DNA of 64,000 nucleotides from Patescibacteria group bacterium (GCA_041649315.1 JBAZNJ010000001.1:284549-348548); one strand, 5' to 3'. Counted from the first letter of the stretch, positions 11,108 to 20,280 are shown. Made by a program: numbers and translations. Notes: a model not told the origin generated them from the sequence alone.

Positions 11108-11830
11108 ATGGAATTAGAAATTCGGGCTAAAAACAATCTTTTAGCATTAAAACAAAATCCTTATCCTGGTAGGGGAATTATTGTCGGCATGGATGAAACT
11201 GGTAAATACCTAATCCAAGTGTATTGGATTATGGGTCGTTCTGAAAACAGTCGTAACCGCGTTTTCGTAATTGAAGATAATGGCGTTCTAAAAACAGCGC
11301 CATTTGACCCCGCCAAAGTTAAGGACCCAAGCCTTATCATTTACACAGCAATGGCTGAAATCCTCACGCATTATGCGGTTAGCAATGGCCACCAAACACT
11401 GGATGCCTTGTCTATAAAAGGTCTGGACTCTTCACTGAAAAAATGGGAATACGAACCAGACAGTCCTAATTACACGCCTCGAATATCAGCCCTGCTTGAA
11501 CCAAGAGTTTTTGCGCCACAAATTGCGGAGTTATCTATTTTAAAAAAATCTCCGTTTAGTGATATGTGCAACAGATATTTGTATAAGTTGGATATATCCA
11601 GTCCGGGCTTAGGTTATTGTATTACTACCTATAATGGAGACGGCAATCCATTACCATCATTTACCGGCGATCCCTATTTGATACCGCTTACAGGAGGCAT
11701 CGAAGACATTGCACAAACTTTCTGGGATAGCCTGAACAAAGACAATAAAGTTTCACTGGCTGTGAAATTTATTGAAATTGACGAGCGCAATGTCTTAATG
11801 ACAAAAAGAAATATTCACGAAGGCGATTAA
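11108..11830 (+). CDS. IMP cyclohydrolase PurO-like protein (archaeal-type)
   Basis: GRGIIVG...YWIMGRSENSRNR...VSNGHQTLDAL...SPNYTPRISALLEP, which matches the conserved blocks of archaeal PurO as I recall them (RSFPNR, SNG-HTD, NTPRIA). Confidence 0.55.
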   Translation: MELEIRAKNNLLALKQNPYPGRGIIVGMDETGKYLIQVYWIMGRSENSRNRVFVIEDNGVLKTAPFDPAKVKDPSLIIYTAMAEILTHYAVSNGHQTLDALSIKGLDSSLKKWEYEPDSPNYTPRISALLEPRVFAPQIAELSILKKSPFSDMCNRYLYKLDISSPGLGYCITTYNGDGNPLPSFTGDPYLIPLTGGIEDIAQTFWDSLNKDNKVSLAVKFIEIDERNVLMTKRNIHEGD

Positions 11831-11972
11831 AGGCCATCTAATCATGTCTAGTGCGAAACCCCGTTCTCATAAATTGAGCGGGGTTTTATAATATAAAACA
11901 GAATTTAACAAATATTGAACACTTTCTTTCGTTTTGTAGTCTTAAAATCTCGAGTTTCCGAAAAAATTGGTG

Positions 11973-12013
11973 AGATTATTGGGGAAATTGAGGAGTGGAC
12001 GGAAATTTTAAGT
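11973..12013 (+). repeat. Partial third copy of the 3' portion of the 137-bp repeat (gagattattggggaaattgaggagtggacggaaattttaag)
   Basis: About 37 of 42 nt identical to 14048..14089 and 18978..19018. Confidence 0.7.
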
Positions 12014-12032
12014 TAAGCAGAAACTTTTTTTA

Positions 12033-12061
12033 TTGACAATCGTCTAATAATCGTCTATAAT
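12033..12061 (+). promoter_or_regulatory. Sigma70-like promoter for the Fic gene
   Basis: TTGACA, a 17-nt spacer, then TATAAT, ending 10 nt before the Fic ATG. Confidence 0.5.
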
Positions 12062-12071
12062 ATGACTATCT

Positions 12072-13100
12072 ATGTTTAAGCCAAAATATACAATTACAAA
12101 TAAATTATTAGCTAATATTAAAAGAATTAGTGAAATTACTACCGAACTAAACAGTCGTAATTTTTCAAATATAGTTTTGCTTAATATGGAAAAACGCGCC
12201 CGCGAAATATCGGCATATTCGTCAACCAGTATTGAGGGCAACCCCCTGCCTTTAACAGACGTAAAAAGAATTTTGAAAAATAAACCGGAGAACGCCAGGG
12301 ATAGCGAAAAAGAAGTTTTAAACTATAATAAAGCGCTAATTGAATTAGACGCTTTACTTAAATCCCGCCGGGAAATATTTAACATTGAATTAATATTACA
12401 AATTCAGCGGGCAATAACTAATGGTCTGATTGAAGATTATCGTTGCGGCCAAATTCGTCAAGAACCGGTTTTCGTAAACAATCCTAAAACGCGTCAAACC
12501 GTCTACCTGCCGCCCGACCATCAAGAAGTTGATAAACTATTAAATGAGCTTTTCTATTATTTGAGCGCCAATAAAGAAATAACCGACCCCTTGATTTTAG
12601 CCGGTCTTTTCCATAAACAATTCGTAATTATTCATCCTTTTATAGACGGTAACGGCCGAACGGCTCGATTAGCCACCAAGGCCTTGTTAGCCAAAATGGG
12701 GCTTAATACTTTTTATCTTTTTAGTTTTGAAAATTATTATAACAAAAATGTTAGTCGTTATTTTCAAGAAGTCGGCGTTTTAGGAAATTATTATGAAATT
12801 AAAGACGACATAGACTTTACTTCCTGGTTAGAGTATTTCACGGATGGTATTATTGATGAGCTCCTACGTGTTATTAAAGAGCTAGTTGAAGAAAATAGTT
12901 CTCCGGCCAAAGAATTAAAAGAGCATCATTTAAAAATAATAAATCACATAAAAAAGAGGGGGTATATTGCCGACAGGGATTATGCTCTATTAACTAAACG
13001 CGCCAAGCCGACGAGAAACTTAGATTTTAGAAAATTAATCGCCGATGGAATAATTGAAAAAGTCGGAAAAGGCAAGGCGACTTATTATAGGTTGAGATAA
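12072..13100 (+). CDS. Fic/Doc family protein (adenylyltransferase-like)
   Basis: Canonical Fic motif HPFIDGNGRTARL and a C-terminal winged-helix-like tail. Confidence 0.85.
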   Translation: MFKPKYTITNKLLANIKRISEITTELNSRNFSNIVLLNMEKRAREISAYSSTSIEGNPLPLTDVKRILKNKPENARDSEKEVLNYNKALIELDALLKSRREIFNIELILQIQRAITNGLIEDYRCGQIRQEPVFVNNPKTRQTVYLPPDHQEVDKLLNELFYYLSANKEITDPLILAGLFHKQFVIIHPFIDGNGRTARLATKALLAKMGLNTFYLFSFENYYNKNVSRYFQEVGVLGNYYEIKDDIDFTSWLEYFTDGIIDELLRVIKELVEENSSPAKELKEHHLKIINHIKKRGYIADRDYALLTKRAKPTRNLDFRKLIADGIIEKVGKGKATYYRLR

Positions 13101-13264
13101 AATGAGGGATTATTGCTGGCAAAAATTAAAGAGTCGCAATCAAGATTAAAAGATTACTATATTAAAAATTTAAAAGATAAAAATCTCTATGCTTAAAAAA
13201 ATTCAATTCAAGCTCGCAAAGGCGATTTTCTAAGCGTAGGCGTGCTTGAAGTCGTTGATTAAAT

Positions 13265-13915
13265 ATGACATTTGTTAAAAATAATCCTTATAAATTTGTG
13301 CTTGTAGGATTTCTTGTATTAGTATTTATTTGTACAAGTGTCTTTTTTATAGCAAAAAACAAAAAGCCAAGAAAAGAGCAGGAAGCGCTTTTATCAAGAG
13401 TTGATTATCGAATATTCGCTTGTGGCGAAGAAATATTATTAAAAATAGATAAAGAAGCTATCAAGTTTAAAAAAAATGGTTTGTTTGCGCGCAGTAAATC
13501 CGGGGAGATCATCGCTGACGGCTTAATTTTAAATGATGAGAATATTTCGCTAAATTCATTTTTTGAATTATTTGGCGGGACTATTGAATACACAGATAAT
13601 CATGAGGCCGAGCTTCGCATGCCAACTGAAACAGGCGTACGTGAATTTCAATCTGGAGATTTATGTAAGGGAAAAGAAGCGGATCTTTATGTAATAAATC
13701 ATCGAGTTGAAACAGGAACAACCCCATGGTCTATTTATTCGAGAATCATATGGAAATATTGGGATTATACTTTAATGAATAATTACGGCAAAGTTCCTCC
13801 TGGTGATTGTCTGATTTTTCTTTTTGATTCCGAGGATGTGTTAGACCGCCCATGGCCAACTTGCCCTTCTCACGATAGGGCGCTTGCTAATGGAGAATTA
13901 ATTTTAGAAAAATAA
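13265..13915 (+). CDS. Hypothetical protein with N-terminal TM anchor
   Basis: 216-aa ORF with an N-terminal hydrophobic helix. Confidence 0.4.
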   Translation: MTFVKNNPYKFVLVGFLVLVFICTSVFFIAKNKKPRKEQEALLSRVDYRIFACGEEILLKIDKEAIKFKKNGLFARSKSGEIIADGLILNDENISLNSFFELFGGTIEYTDNHEAELRMPTETGVREFQSGDLCKGKEADLYVINHRVETGTTPWSIYSRIIWKYWDYTLMNNYGKVPPGDCLIFLFDSEDVLDRPWPTCPSHDRALANGELILEK

Positions 13916-13951
13916 CCACTTTTTGTAAACGTTAACTGATTTAAAAATATA

Positions 13952-14089
13952 TTCGATTCCCCCGGCTAACGCCGTCTAATTAAAAAGCGCCCAGCTAACG
14001 CTGAGCCCTTTTTAATAGCCCTAAAATCTGAGGTTTGACAAAATTACAACGGGATTATTAGGGAAATTGAGAAGTGGGCGAAAATTTTA
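13952..14089 (+). repeat. 137-bp direct repeat copy 1 (left boundary of the methyltransferase/Z1 cassette)
   Basis: Near-identical to 18882..19018 (about 3 mismatches over about 137 bp). It begins with ttcgattcccccggctaacgcc. Confidence 0.9.
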
Positions 14090-14106
14090 AGGCGAAACGA
14101 TCCTCT

Positions 14107-14424
14107 CTAACCTTTCGTCAAAAGTCCTATAATCATTACAGTGGCAAATATTGCCCATATGATACTTATAAGGATTTTATTTTTCTTTTTTTCATCTCCT
14201 CTTTTTTTAGCTGTTGAATCAACCCAATCGTCTAAATAGTGTATCCCGAACATCAATAGAAAAAAGGCTATTATACTAATAAATGGTTTGTCGACCAAGT
14301 AGTTAGCGACATTTGTTGCAAAAACAAGAAAAGAAAACAATATTATAAAAAGAAAAATCAAAATATAGTAAATTAAATAAGTCATATTATTAATTAATTT
14401 TCTCTGCTGTAAGATATTCTGCAC
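14107..14424 (-). CDS. Small membrane protein
   Basis: 105 aa with three hydrophobic helices. Confidence 0.4.
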   Translation of the reverse strand: MQNILQQRKLINNMTYLIYYILIFLFIILFSFLVFATNVANYLVDKPFISIIAFFLLMFGIHYLDDWVDSTAKKRGDEKKKNKILISIIWAIFATVMIIGLLTKG

Positions 14425-14605
14425 GAGCTTCTTCGACTTCCTTTTCCATTATTTTAATTTTTTCAATCTCTTTCGGTGTTAGTGCTTTTTTAGAAGAATC
14501 AAATTTACCGCCGATCCACCCTCCCCCCATGAATTGTTTTCTATATTCTTTCAATCGTTGCTCAAGCTCCATATATTTTTTAAGAGTCTCTTTTTTATCG
14601 TTCAT
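14390..14605 (-). CDS. Small hypothetical protein
   Basis: 71 aa, charged and coiled-coil-like; overlaps the neighbouring ORF by 35 nt. Confidence 0.25.
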   Translation of the reverse strand: MNDKKETLKKYMELEQRLKEYRKQFMGGGWIGGKFDSSKKALTPKEIEKIKIMEKEVEEARAEYLTAEKIN

Positions 14606-14609
14606 AAAC

Positions 14610-14906
14610 TTATTGTTTATCTAGCTTATTTTTGAAATGCCTTTTTTCTGCCCTCATGCTGTAAGCAACGTCTTCAACCGCCACTAATTTACTTCTACTT
14701 AGTACAGTCTTTACCGCCCTTGGGATATCATCAAAGTAATTAAACATTTCATCGCTAGGCTTAACTCCTTTCGTTTGATTAGCCTCTAAATGAACATTGC
14801 CACATGTCCAAAATGGTATCTGTTTATTTTTATCCCCTACGTGATCCGGCAAATCATTCGTAAAAAAACGAATTGTTATGCCGATTGTTTTATTATCTTT
14901 CTTCAT
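14610..14906 (-). CDS. Hypothetical protein, upstream gene of the methyltransferase operon
   Basis: 98-aa ORF directly upstream of and co-oriented with the methyltransferase gene. Confidence 0.35.
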   Translation of the reverse strand: MKKDNKTIGITIRFFTNDLPDHVGDKNKQIPFWTCGNVHLEANQTKGVKPSDEMFNYFDDIPRAVKTVLSRSKLVAVEDVAYSMRAEKRHFKNKLDKQ

Positions 14907-14946
14907 AAGATTACTATATTGCTTAATAAAAATTAATAACTACGCT

Positions 14947-15984
14947 TTATTTTGCATACACATCTAGATGATCATATAACTTTTGTGCTTGCCTCTTAGC
15001 AAAAATCGGGGGAACGGCGTCTCCTATTAATCTTGAAACACTTATTAATCCAGCATAAGCAGGAAAATAGTAATTTATAGGGAAACTCTGAAGCAACGAA
15101 GCCTCTCTCATTGTAATTGCTCTATTCTTTGTTGGGTGCAAGTATCTGCCTTTTGAGGGATTGAAACAACCCCCAGTTAGTGTTGGGGCTACGTCATCCC
15201 ATTTTATCCTGCCGTATACATCTCGAAACCCCTCTGTTTTTATATGGCAAGGTAGCTGCTTTTTGAGAGCCGATCTACTCCCGCCATTTTTAGGTATTTT
15301 AGATATTAATTTTTTAATTCTTGGGGTATTTTTCAAAAATAACTTATGTAATGAATCCTCGGACCCGGCGGGATTCGGCAGATATTCTATCACGGACCTT
15401 ACCGTTTTTAACTTTTTATCAGGGTTAGGGAGTTCTGGCGCGCCGATTCTAGACGCCATAAAAATGAATCTTTTTCTCCGTTGTGGCGCACCGTAATTAG
15501 CAGCATTTAATATTGAACACACCGATTGATATCCAATTTCTTTTAAGTTCTTTTCAAATTTCTTAAATCGTTCGTCCAAAGATAGCCCTGGTACATTTTC
15601 CATAAGAACAGTTTTTGGTCTAATTTGTATGATTAGTCTCAAAAATTCAAATACCAAATCGTTTCTTGGGTCATCAGTACTTAATCTGTTTAAATTTTTT
15701 ATACGCGAAAACCCCTGACAAGGAGGACAACCGGCAAGCAAATCTAATTCGCCTCGTTTCACGCCAGCTGCCTTTAATAGACTTCGTCCGCTAACTTTCC
15801 GTATATCAGATTCAATTAAATTTGTTTTTGTGTGATTTTTTCTGTAGGTTAATGCTGCCAGGGGGTCAATTTCTACGGCAGCTTTAACTATAAAGCCTGC
15901 TTTTTTAAGGCCAAGAGACAAGCCGCCGCAACCAGAAAATAAATCCATTGCTTTGTATTTTTTTGTTTTCTTCTTACTACTCAT
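14947..15984 (-). CDS. dcm: DNA (cytosine-5)-methyltransferase
   Basis: Motif I DLFSGCGGLSLG, motif IV PPCQGFS (catalytic Cys) and ENV motif LMENVPGL. Confidence 0.9.
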   Translation of the reverse strand: MSSKKKTKKYKAMDLFSGCGGLSLGLKKAGFIVKAAVEIDPLAALTYRKNHTKTNLIESDIRKVSGRSLLKAAGVKRGELDLLAGCPPCQGFSRIKNLNRLSTDDPRNDLVFEFLRLIIQIRPKTVLMENVPGLSLDERFKKFEKNLKEIGYQSVCSILNAANYGAPQRRKRFIFMASRIGAPELPNPDKKLKTVRSVIEYLPNPAGSEDSLHKLFLKNTPRIKKLISKIPKNGGSRSALKKQLPCHIKTEGFRDVYGRIKWDDVAPTLTGGCFNPSKGRYLHPTKNRAITMREASLLQSFPINYYFPAYAGLISVSRLIGDAVPPIFAKRQAQKLYDHLDVYAK

Positions 15985-15989
15985 AAATA

Positions 15990-17987
15990 TTATCTTTCAA
16001 AACTAAAGGCTAATACATAGTTTCCCTCTGGAAATCTCAACGCTGGCCACCACACTTCAAGACCTTTGCTGCTTTTTTTAAGTTTATAAATATATAAAGT
16101 CGGTGCGTCTTTTGGGGCCAAATCGTCCTCTCCTCCAGAGAGGAAGTTTTGCGTTTCTCTTCTTGACTCGTTTAAATCTCGTCCCTTTTTAACCACAATG
16201 TAAGCTTTGTTTCCATAAAGAGATTTAATTTGATCTAATGCGGCGATTATTGTTTTGTGATTCCATAACTCGGCTCCGTATTCCGGATCATGCTCGCATT
16301 TCTGTATTATCTCTTGAAGTAATTCTATATTCACTTGCGAGCATGGCTGATTGTTATCAAATTGAGATAACATCTTATCGAGCCATACAGTGTTATCGGC
16401 CATTTCGTCAGTTCTTAATGGGTACGATGGGTTACAGTAACCACCAGCTACATAAAGACCAATCGAGTTAGGGTCGAGCACATTCGATCTAGTTGCGTGC
16501 AGAGGAGATGAAATAAAAATACCTTCAAACTTTCCTTCAGGGTATTTTTCTACTAAATCCCTAAGAGCGCTTTCCATTTGATGGATTAGACGAAAATGTT
16601 CGGACAATTTTTCAGGTAAAAATAATCTCGTTACTCCTAAATCATTTTGCCTGTACCCATACATTCTCGCATGCTGTAAAACGGTATCGGCATTTGGTTT
16701 TTTGGGATTTCGTCCATAATAGCTAACAAGTAAATTTTTGATTGTTACTCCTCGGCCTAATTTATTGCCCCCAACAAATATATTATAAACGGAATCGAGT
16801 TTTATTTCCTCATTGGAAGCAGCATTAATTAATTTTATACTTGCGCCGCGCAAATAAAATTTTATTTTATCAATAATTTTTTCAAATTCCGGCATGCCTT
16901 GTTGCGTCTGTTGTAAATCAACATAAGCCTCCTTGAACTGGGGCATTAACCTATCAACCTCAGCAAGCGGATAATTCTGAAACACGTTCATCGTTTCTTC
17001 CTTAAATTTATCTATCAAATTTACAATATACTGATGATCAATTTTCGTATGACTGACATGGCACAAAAAAGCATAGCCCTCTGCTGGGTTCTGTATTATT
17101 TTAAAAGTGGCCCCAATAAGAAATGTGCATAGGGCTTTTTTTAATCCCGTGGGGATTGTTCCACTCGGCGTTGGCTGATAGCTAGCATGAAGCAAATCTA
17201 CTTCTTCTAAGTCAACAGGTTTTAACAATTTGGAGCCAACCTCAAAAAACACATCGCCTCCAACATATCCTGGGCCGGGAGCGCTTAGAATAGTAAAGGA
17301 TGGCCTGTATCTGTGATCCGGCCTCTGTAAGAATAATGCTTGGGGAGTTGCGGTTACCTGTAAATAAGTATTAACAGGGAAAAAATCTCTAAACTGGGTT
17401 ATTATCTCATTGGTGCTACTGATTTGCTCACCACCTTTGCTGGTGTACGTGTTTAAACTAGCTTGATCGGCTTCATCATCAATAATGAGCGTTGACAACC
17501 CTTTCGCCCCGGCCTTTTTAAAGGCGTCTAACAAGCTACGTAATTTTGGTACACCCTTGGAACACACTATAGCAAAAGGAGTTGTGCGTATTTGTCTTTG
17601 GAATCTAGCCGGGTCATTCCAATCATCTTTTCCCATAACTGTTAATCCACGCAAAACTTTTCTTACTCTCTCTAGAGTTTGTTCATATAAAGGGTCATAA
17701 TTTGATGTTAATATTAATAAAAATTGAAAGCCATTGTCTACCGCCATTGCGGCAGCTACCGTAATAATACTTGTTTTACCGCTTTGAATAAGACCATATA
17801 ACAACCCATCGCTAGGATATTCTGGTGGCCCAGCAATTGGATCAACTGATTTTTCAATAAGTTTAGCCGCCTTTTCAGTTATCGCCACTATTGACTCAGG
17901 ATATTTTATTTCGTTGGCGAGTACGCTAAGAACTTCAGTCGTGTGTTGACCATCATGAATTAAAACTTTTTGGTTTTGTTCACTCAT
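15990..17987 (-). CDS. Z1 domain-like P-loop NTPase, probable restriction/defence partner of the methyltransferase
   Basis: Walker A-like GLIQSGKTSIITVAAAM and Walker B-like LIIDDEAD. The 665-aa protein sits immediately upstream of and co-oriented with the C5 methyltransferase, as Z1-domain proteins typically do. Confidence 0.6.
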   Translation of the reverse strand: MSEQNQKVLIHDGQHTTEVLSVLANEIKYPESIVAITEKAAKLIEKSVDPIAGPPEYPSDGLLYGLIQSGKTSIITVAAAMAVDNGFQFLLILTSNYDPLYEQTLERVRKVLRGLTVMGKDDWNDPARFQRQIRTTPFAIVCSKGVPKLRSLLDAFKKAGAKGLSTLIIDDEADQASLNTYTSKGGEQISSTNEIITQFRDFFPVNTYLQVTATPQALFLQRPDHRYRPSFTILSAPGPGYVGGDVFFEVGSKLLKPVDLEEVDLLHASYQPTPSGTIPTGLKKALCTFLIGATFKIIQNPAEGYAFLCHVSHTKIDHQYIVNLIDKFKEETMNVFQNYPLAEVDRLMPQFKEAYVDLQQTQQGMPEFEKIIDKIKFYLRGASIKLINAASNEEIKLDSVYNIFVGGNKLGRGVTIKNLLVSYYGRNPKKPNADTVLQHARMYGYRQNDLGVTRLFLPEKLSEHFRLIHQMESALRDLVEKYPEGKFEGIFISSPLHATRSNVLDPNSIGLYVAGGYCNPSYPLRTDEMADNTVWLDKMLSQFDNNQPCSQVNIELLQEIIQKCEHDPEYGAELWNHKTIIAALDQIKSLYGNKAYIVVKKGRDLNESRRETQNFLSGGEDDLAPKDAPTLYIYKLKKSSKGLEVWWPALRFPEGNYVLAFSFER

Positions 17988-17993
17988 ATAATT

Positions 17994-18470
17994 TTAATTA
18001 ATTACTATTTCCGGCCAATCCTGCAATGGTACCTTGTGGCTCAATTTTCCATTCGGACCCGCGACGGCATATTGCTCATTAAAATTTCTTTTAGCCGACA
18101 GCCACATGACAGCACCGTCCAAAAGAGTAGACGCCTCCGCCCAGTCTATAGCGCATACGCCATCCCCGCCGCACACAAGTGCAATAACACCCTTTACCCA
18201 TAGCTTCTCTGATTCAAGAAGAAAATTTACTTCTTCACTGCTAATAATGAAACGCCACGGGCTTTTAACTTTTGTCGAATATTTAATAAGAACGGCCGAT
18301 TTATCGTTGATAAGGTAGCCTATTCCAAACCGCTTAATATTAGAACATTTCTGAGAATTTAAGGCTCTGATGAGGGCTGAGCCATAGTAAAATTCTTGTT
18401 TGTCTATCATATATTGATGATATTTATATTTTAGCACTTTTTTCCAAAGACGGAAATTGCGAATAATCAA
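17994..18470 (-). CDS. Hypothetical protein, first gene of the methyltransferase/Z1 operon
   Basis: 158-aa ORF, 7 nt upstream of the Z1 gene. Confidence 0.35.
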   Translation of the reverse strand: MIIRNFRLWKKVLKYKYHQYMIDKQEFYYGSALIRALNSQKCSNIKRFGIGYLINDKSAVLIKYSTKVKSPWRFIISSEEVNFLLESEKLWVKGVIALVCGGDGVCAIDWAEASTLLDGAVMWLSAKRNFNEQYAVAGPNGKLSHKVPLQDWPEIVIN

Positions 18471-18721
18471 ATAATTTTAGTCCATTGATTCGCCTTCCAT
18501 TTTTTGCTATAATGCTCTCATAGACTTATTAATAAACAATAATAAGGCAGGAAGATAAAACCTAGCTACGGCTAGTCAGATTACGTCCATGAATTTAAAC
18601 ACGCAGTCTTCAATATAATAACGAGCAAAGTCTAAATCTTTGCCAACTCAACTTAAAACACGAGCAATATATCCGGATATATGACTTGTGTTTTTTGTTT
18701 GGCCGAGTGGCCGTCTTATCG

Positions 18722-18881
18722 GGATTACAGTCTACCCTAGGGGAATCATCGCCCTCGCCCGCCGCCGGCAAAGCGGCGGGCTAACTTGTCCTGGGTCAGC
18801 GTTAAGCATCCCCCGGATGCTTAGCGACGCTCTCCTTTTCGCTTCGCCTCCCGGCTCAGCTCAAGACTCGCTTCTGACCTG
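18722..18881 (+). repeat. GC-rich structured unit, copy 3, preceded by a partial copy of the tRNA-Glu 3' end (ccctaggggaatcatcg)
   Basis: Collinear with 19888..20060 (ccctaggggaatcatcgc...cttgtcc...gttcgattccc). Contains perfect hairpins gcccgccgcc/ggcggcgggc and taagcatc/gatgctta. About 60% GC against an AT-rich background. Confidence 0.7.
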
Positions 18882-19018
18882 TTCGATTCCCCCGGCTAAC
18901 GCCGTCTAATTAAAAAGCGCCCAGCTAACGCTGAGCCCTTTTTAATAGCCCTAAAATCTGGGGTTTGACAAAATTACAACGGGATTATTAGGGAAATTGA
19001 GAAGTGGACGGAATTTTC
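18882..19018 (+). repeat. 137-bp direct repeat copy 2 (right boundary of the methyltransferase/Z1 cassette)
   Basis: Near-identical to 13952..14089. Its last ~30 nt encode the C-terminus of the minus-strand NYN gene. Confidence 0.9.
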
Positions 19019-19713
19019 CAATCATCAGGTTTATGAAAGTCACCATTAATATCCACCATATCATCAAAAAATTGAGAATTTGCTAATGCCAATTTTCGAA
19101 TTATCTTTATGTCTTTATTTACGGCATCTTGAAGCTTATGATTGGTTTTTTTATAAGGGTTTAACAATCTTACTTTTAATCCATCACGACTATTTGCTAT
19201 TTTTATCGATTCCGCCAAATCAGAATCATTAGAAACTATTATGGCGACATCAAACTTTTTTTCATAAACATCTACAATTAGATGGGTGGCTAAATTTACA
19301 TTAGAACCTTTTTCTTCGGTTTTTTTGACAACCAGGTAATTTTTGCCAAGTAAAGGGAGTCTGGTTTGCGCTTTGTCGAATTCAACGTTAGCCTCTTGTC
19401 GGCCTGTTTTTTGACATTTTTCAGGCACAAACATTGTGGCCTCGTTTTCCAAAAAAGTTCCTGGTATTATTTCTAAATTAGGAAGAGTGCGCAGAGCTCG
19501 AAAATATGTTAACTGTCTAACCGGTTTATCCAAATCATCCTTGCGAGCCTTAGTGACAGCTGAAAAATATTTTATTTTTTTAATCTCATATTTTGGAAAA
19601 TAAAAACCGGCCAATTTGTTTAAATCTAGCCATTTATAACTAGTTCTCTTCAGGCTGCCATAGAAAAGATTAAAACCATCGACATATATATACGCCGTTA
19701 ATTTTTTTGCCAT
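18988..19713 (-). CDS. NYN domain (LabA-like) protein; start taken at the internal MAKKLTAYIYVDG
   Basis: YVDGFNLFYG N-terminal motif and IVSNDSDL acidic motif, both typical of NYN/LabA nucleases. Confidence 0.7.
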   Translation of the reverse strand: MAKKLTAYIYVDGFNLFYGSLKRTSYKWLDLNKLAGFYFPKYEIKKIKYFSAVTKARKDDLDKPVRQLTYFRALRTLPNLEIIPGTFLENEATMFVPEKCQKTGRQEANVEFDKAQTRLPLLGKNYLVVKKTEEKGSNVNLATHLIVDVYEKKFDVAIIVSNDSDLAESIKIANSRDGLKVRLLNPYKKTNHKLQDAVNKDIKIIRKLALANSQFFDDMVDINGDFHKPDDWKIPSTSQFP

Positions 19714-19887
19714 ATCACGTCTAGATAAAAGCAGAGGTCGCCTTACGGCGACCTCGCGTTCTGCCACCGAAGCGACAGAAGTAGTATATGACTATATTAT
19801 ATAGCAAGCGCTTGCTAATGTAAAGAGCTAAACTTTCGCTAATTCTACAAACAAAAAGAGAACTGGCACAAGCCAGTTCCCCGATAG

Positions 19888-20070
19888 TAGCCCCTAGGGG
19901 AATCATCGCGCTCACTCGCCGCCATAATGCGGCTCGTTCACTTGTCCGGAGTCGGCGTCGAGTCCTGCGCCAGCTCGGACTCGCCGGCGCTCGTTCGCTC
20001 GTTATTTCTTCCGAAATAACTCGCGCCTCGCTTCCGACTTGTTCGATTCCCGGCTCGACAATTACAAAAT
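19888..20070 (+). repeat. GC-rich structured unit A; begins with a 16-mer identical to the tRNA-Glu 3' end (tagcccctaggggaat)
   Basis: Homologous to 18722..18881. Hairpins gccgc/gcggc, gagtcc/ggactc and gttatttc/gaaataac. Followed by hairpin aaataacgcacaaagtgcgttatttt at 20071..20098. Confidence 0.7.
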
Positions 20071-20103
20071 AAAATAACGCACAAAGTGCGTTATTTTATT
20101 TTG

Positions 20104-20270
20104 TAGCCCCTAGGGGAATTCCGCCTCGCGGCGCTTAGCCGCGCCGCTCGTTGCCCGGACGGACCCGATAAACGCTCGCTCGCTCGCGTTTATCGTCGCT
20201 CGATTACTCGAATTCGCTCCGCTCATTCTCGTATCTCGCTCGCCGTCTGTTCGCTTCCCCTAGTTTACCA
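20104..20270 (+). repeat. GC-rich structured unit B; begins with tagcccctaggggaat and has ends that can pair (ctaggggaa / ttcccctag)
   Basis: Second tandem unit with the same layout (16-mer, GC-rich body, terminator-like hairpin) immediately next to tRNA-Glu. Confidence 0.65.
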
Positions 20271-20280
20271 CCCATTAATT

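Noticed and set aside
18690-18905. Plus-strand tRNA or tmRNA-like gene suggested by GGCCGAGTGGCCG... and ...GTTCGATTCCCCCGGCTAACGCC
   Set aside because: No cloverleaf fits. The 5 nt before the putative T-loop (ACCTG) cannot pair with the following CCCCC, and there is no acceptor complement. It is treated as a repeat or structured element instead.
19721-19915. 64-aa ORF spanning the first tRNA-Glu-3'-end copy and the start of GC unit A
   Set aside because: It lies within the GC-rich hairpinned repeat and reads as an Arg/Gly-rich artefact of GC content.
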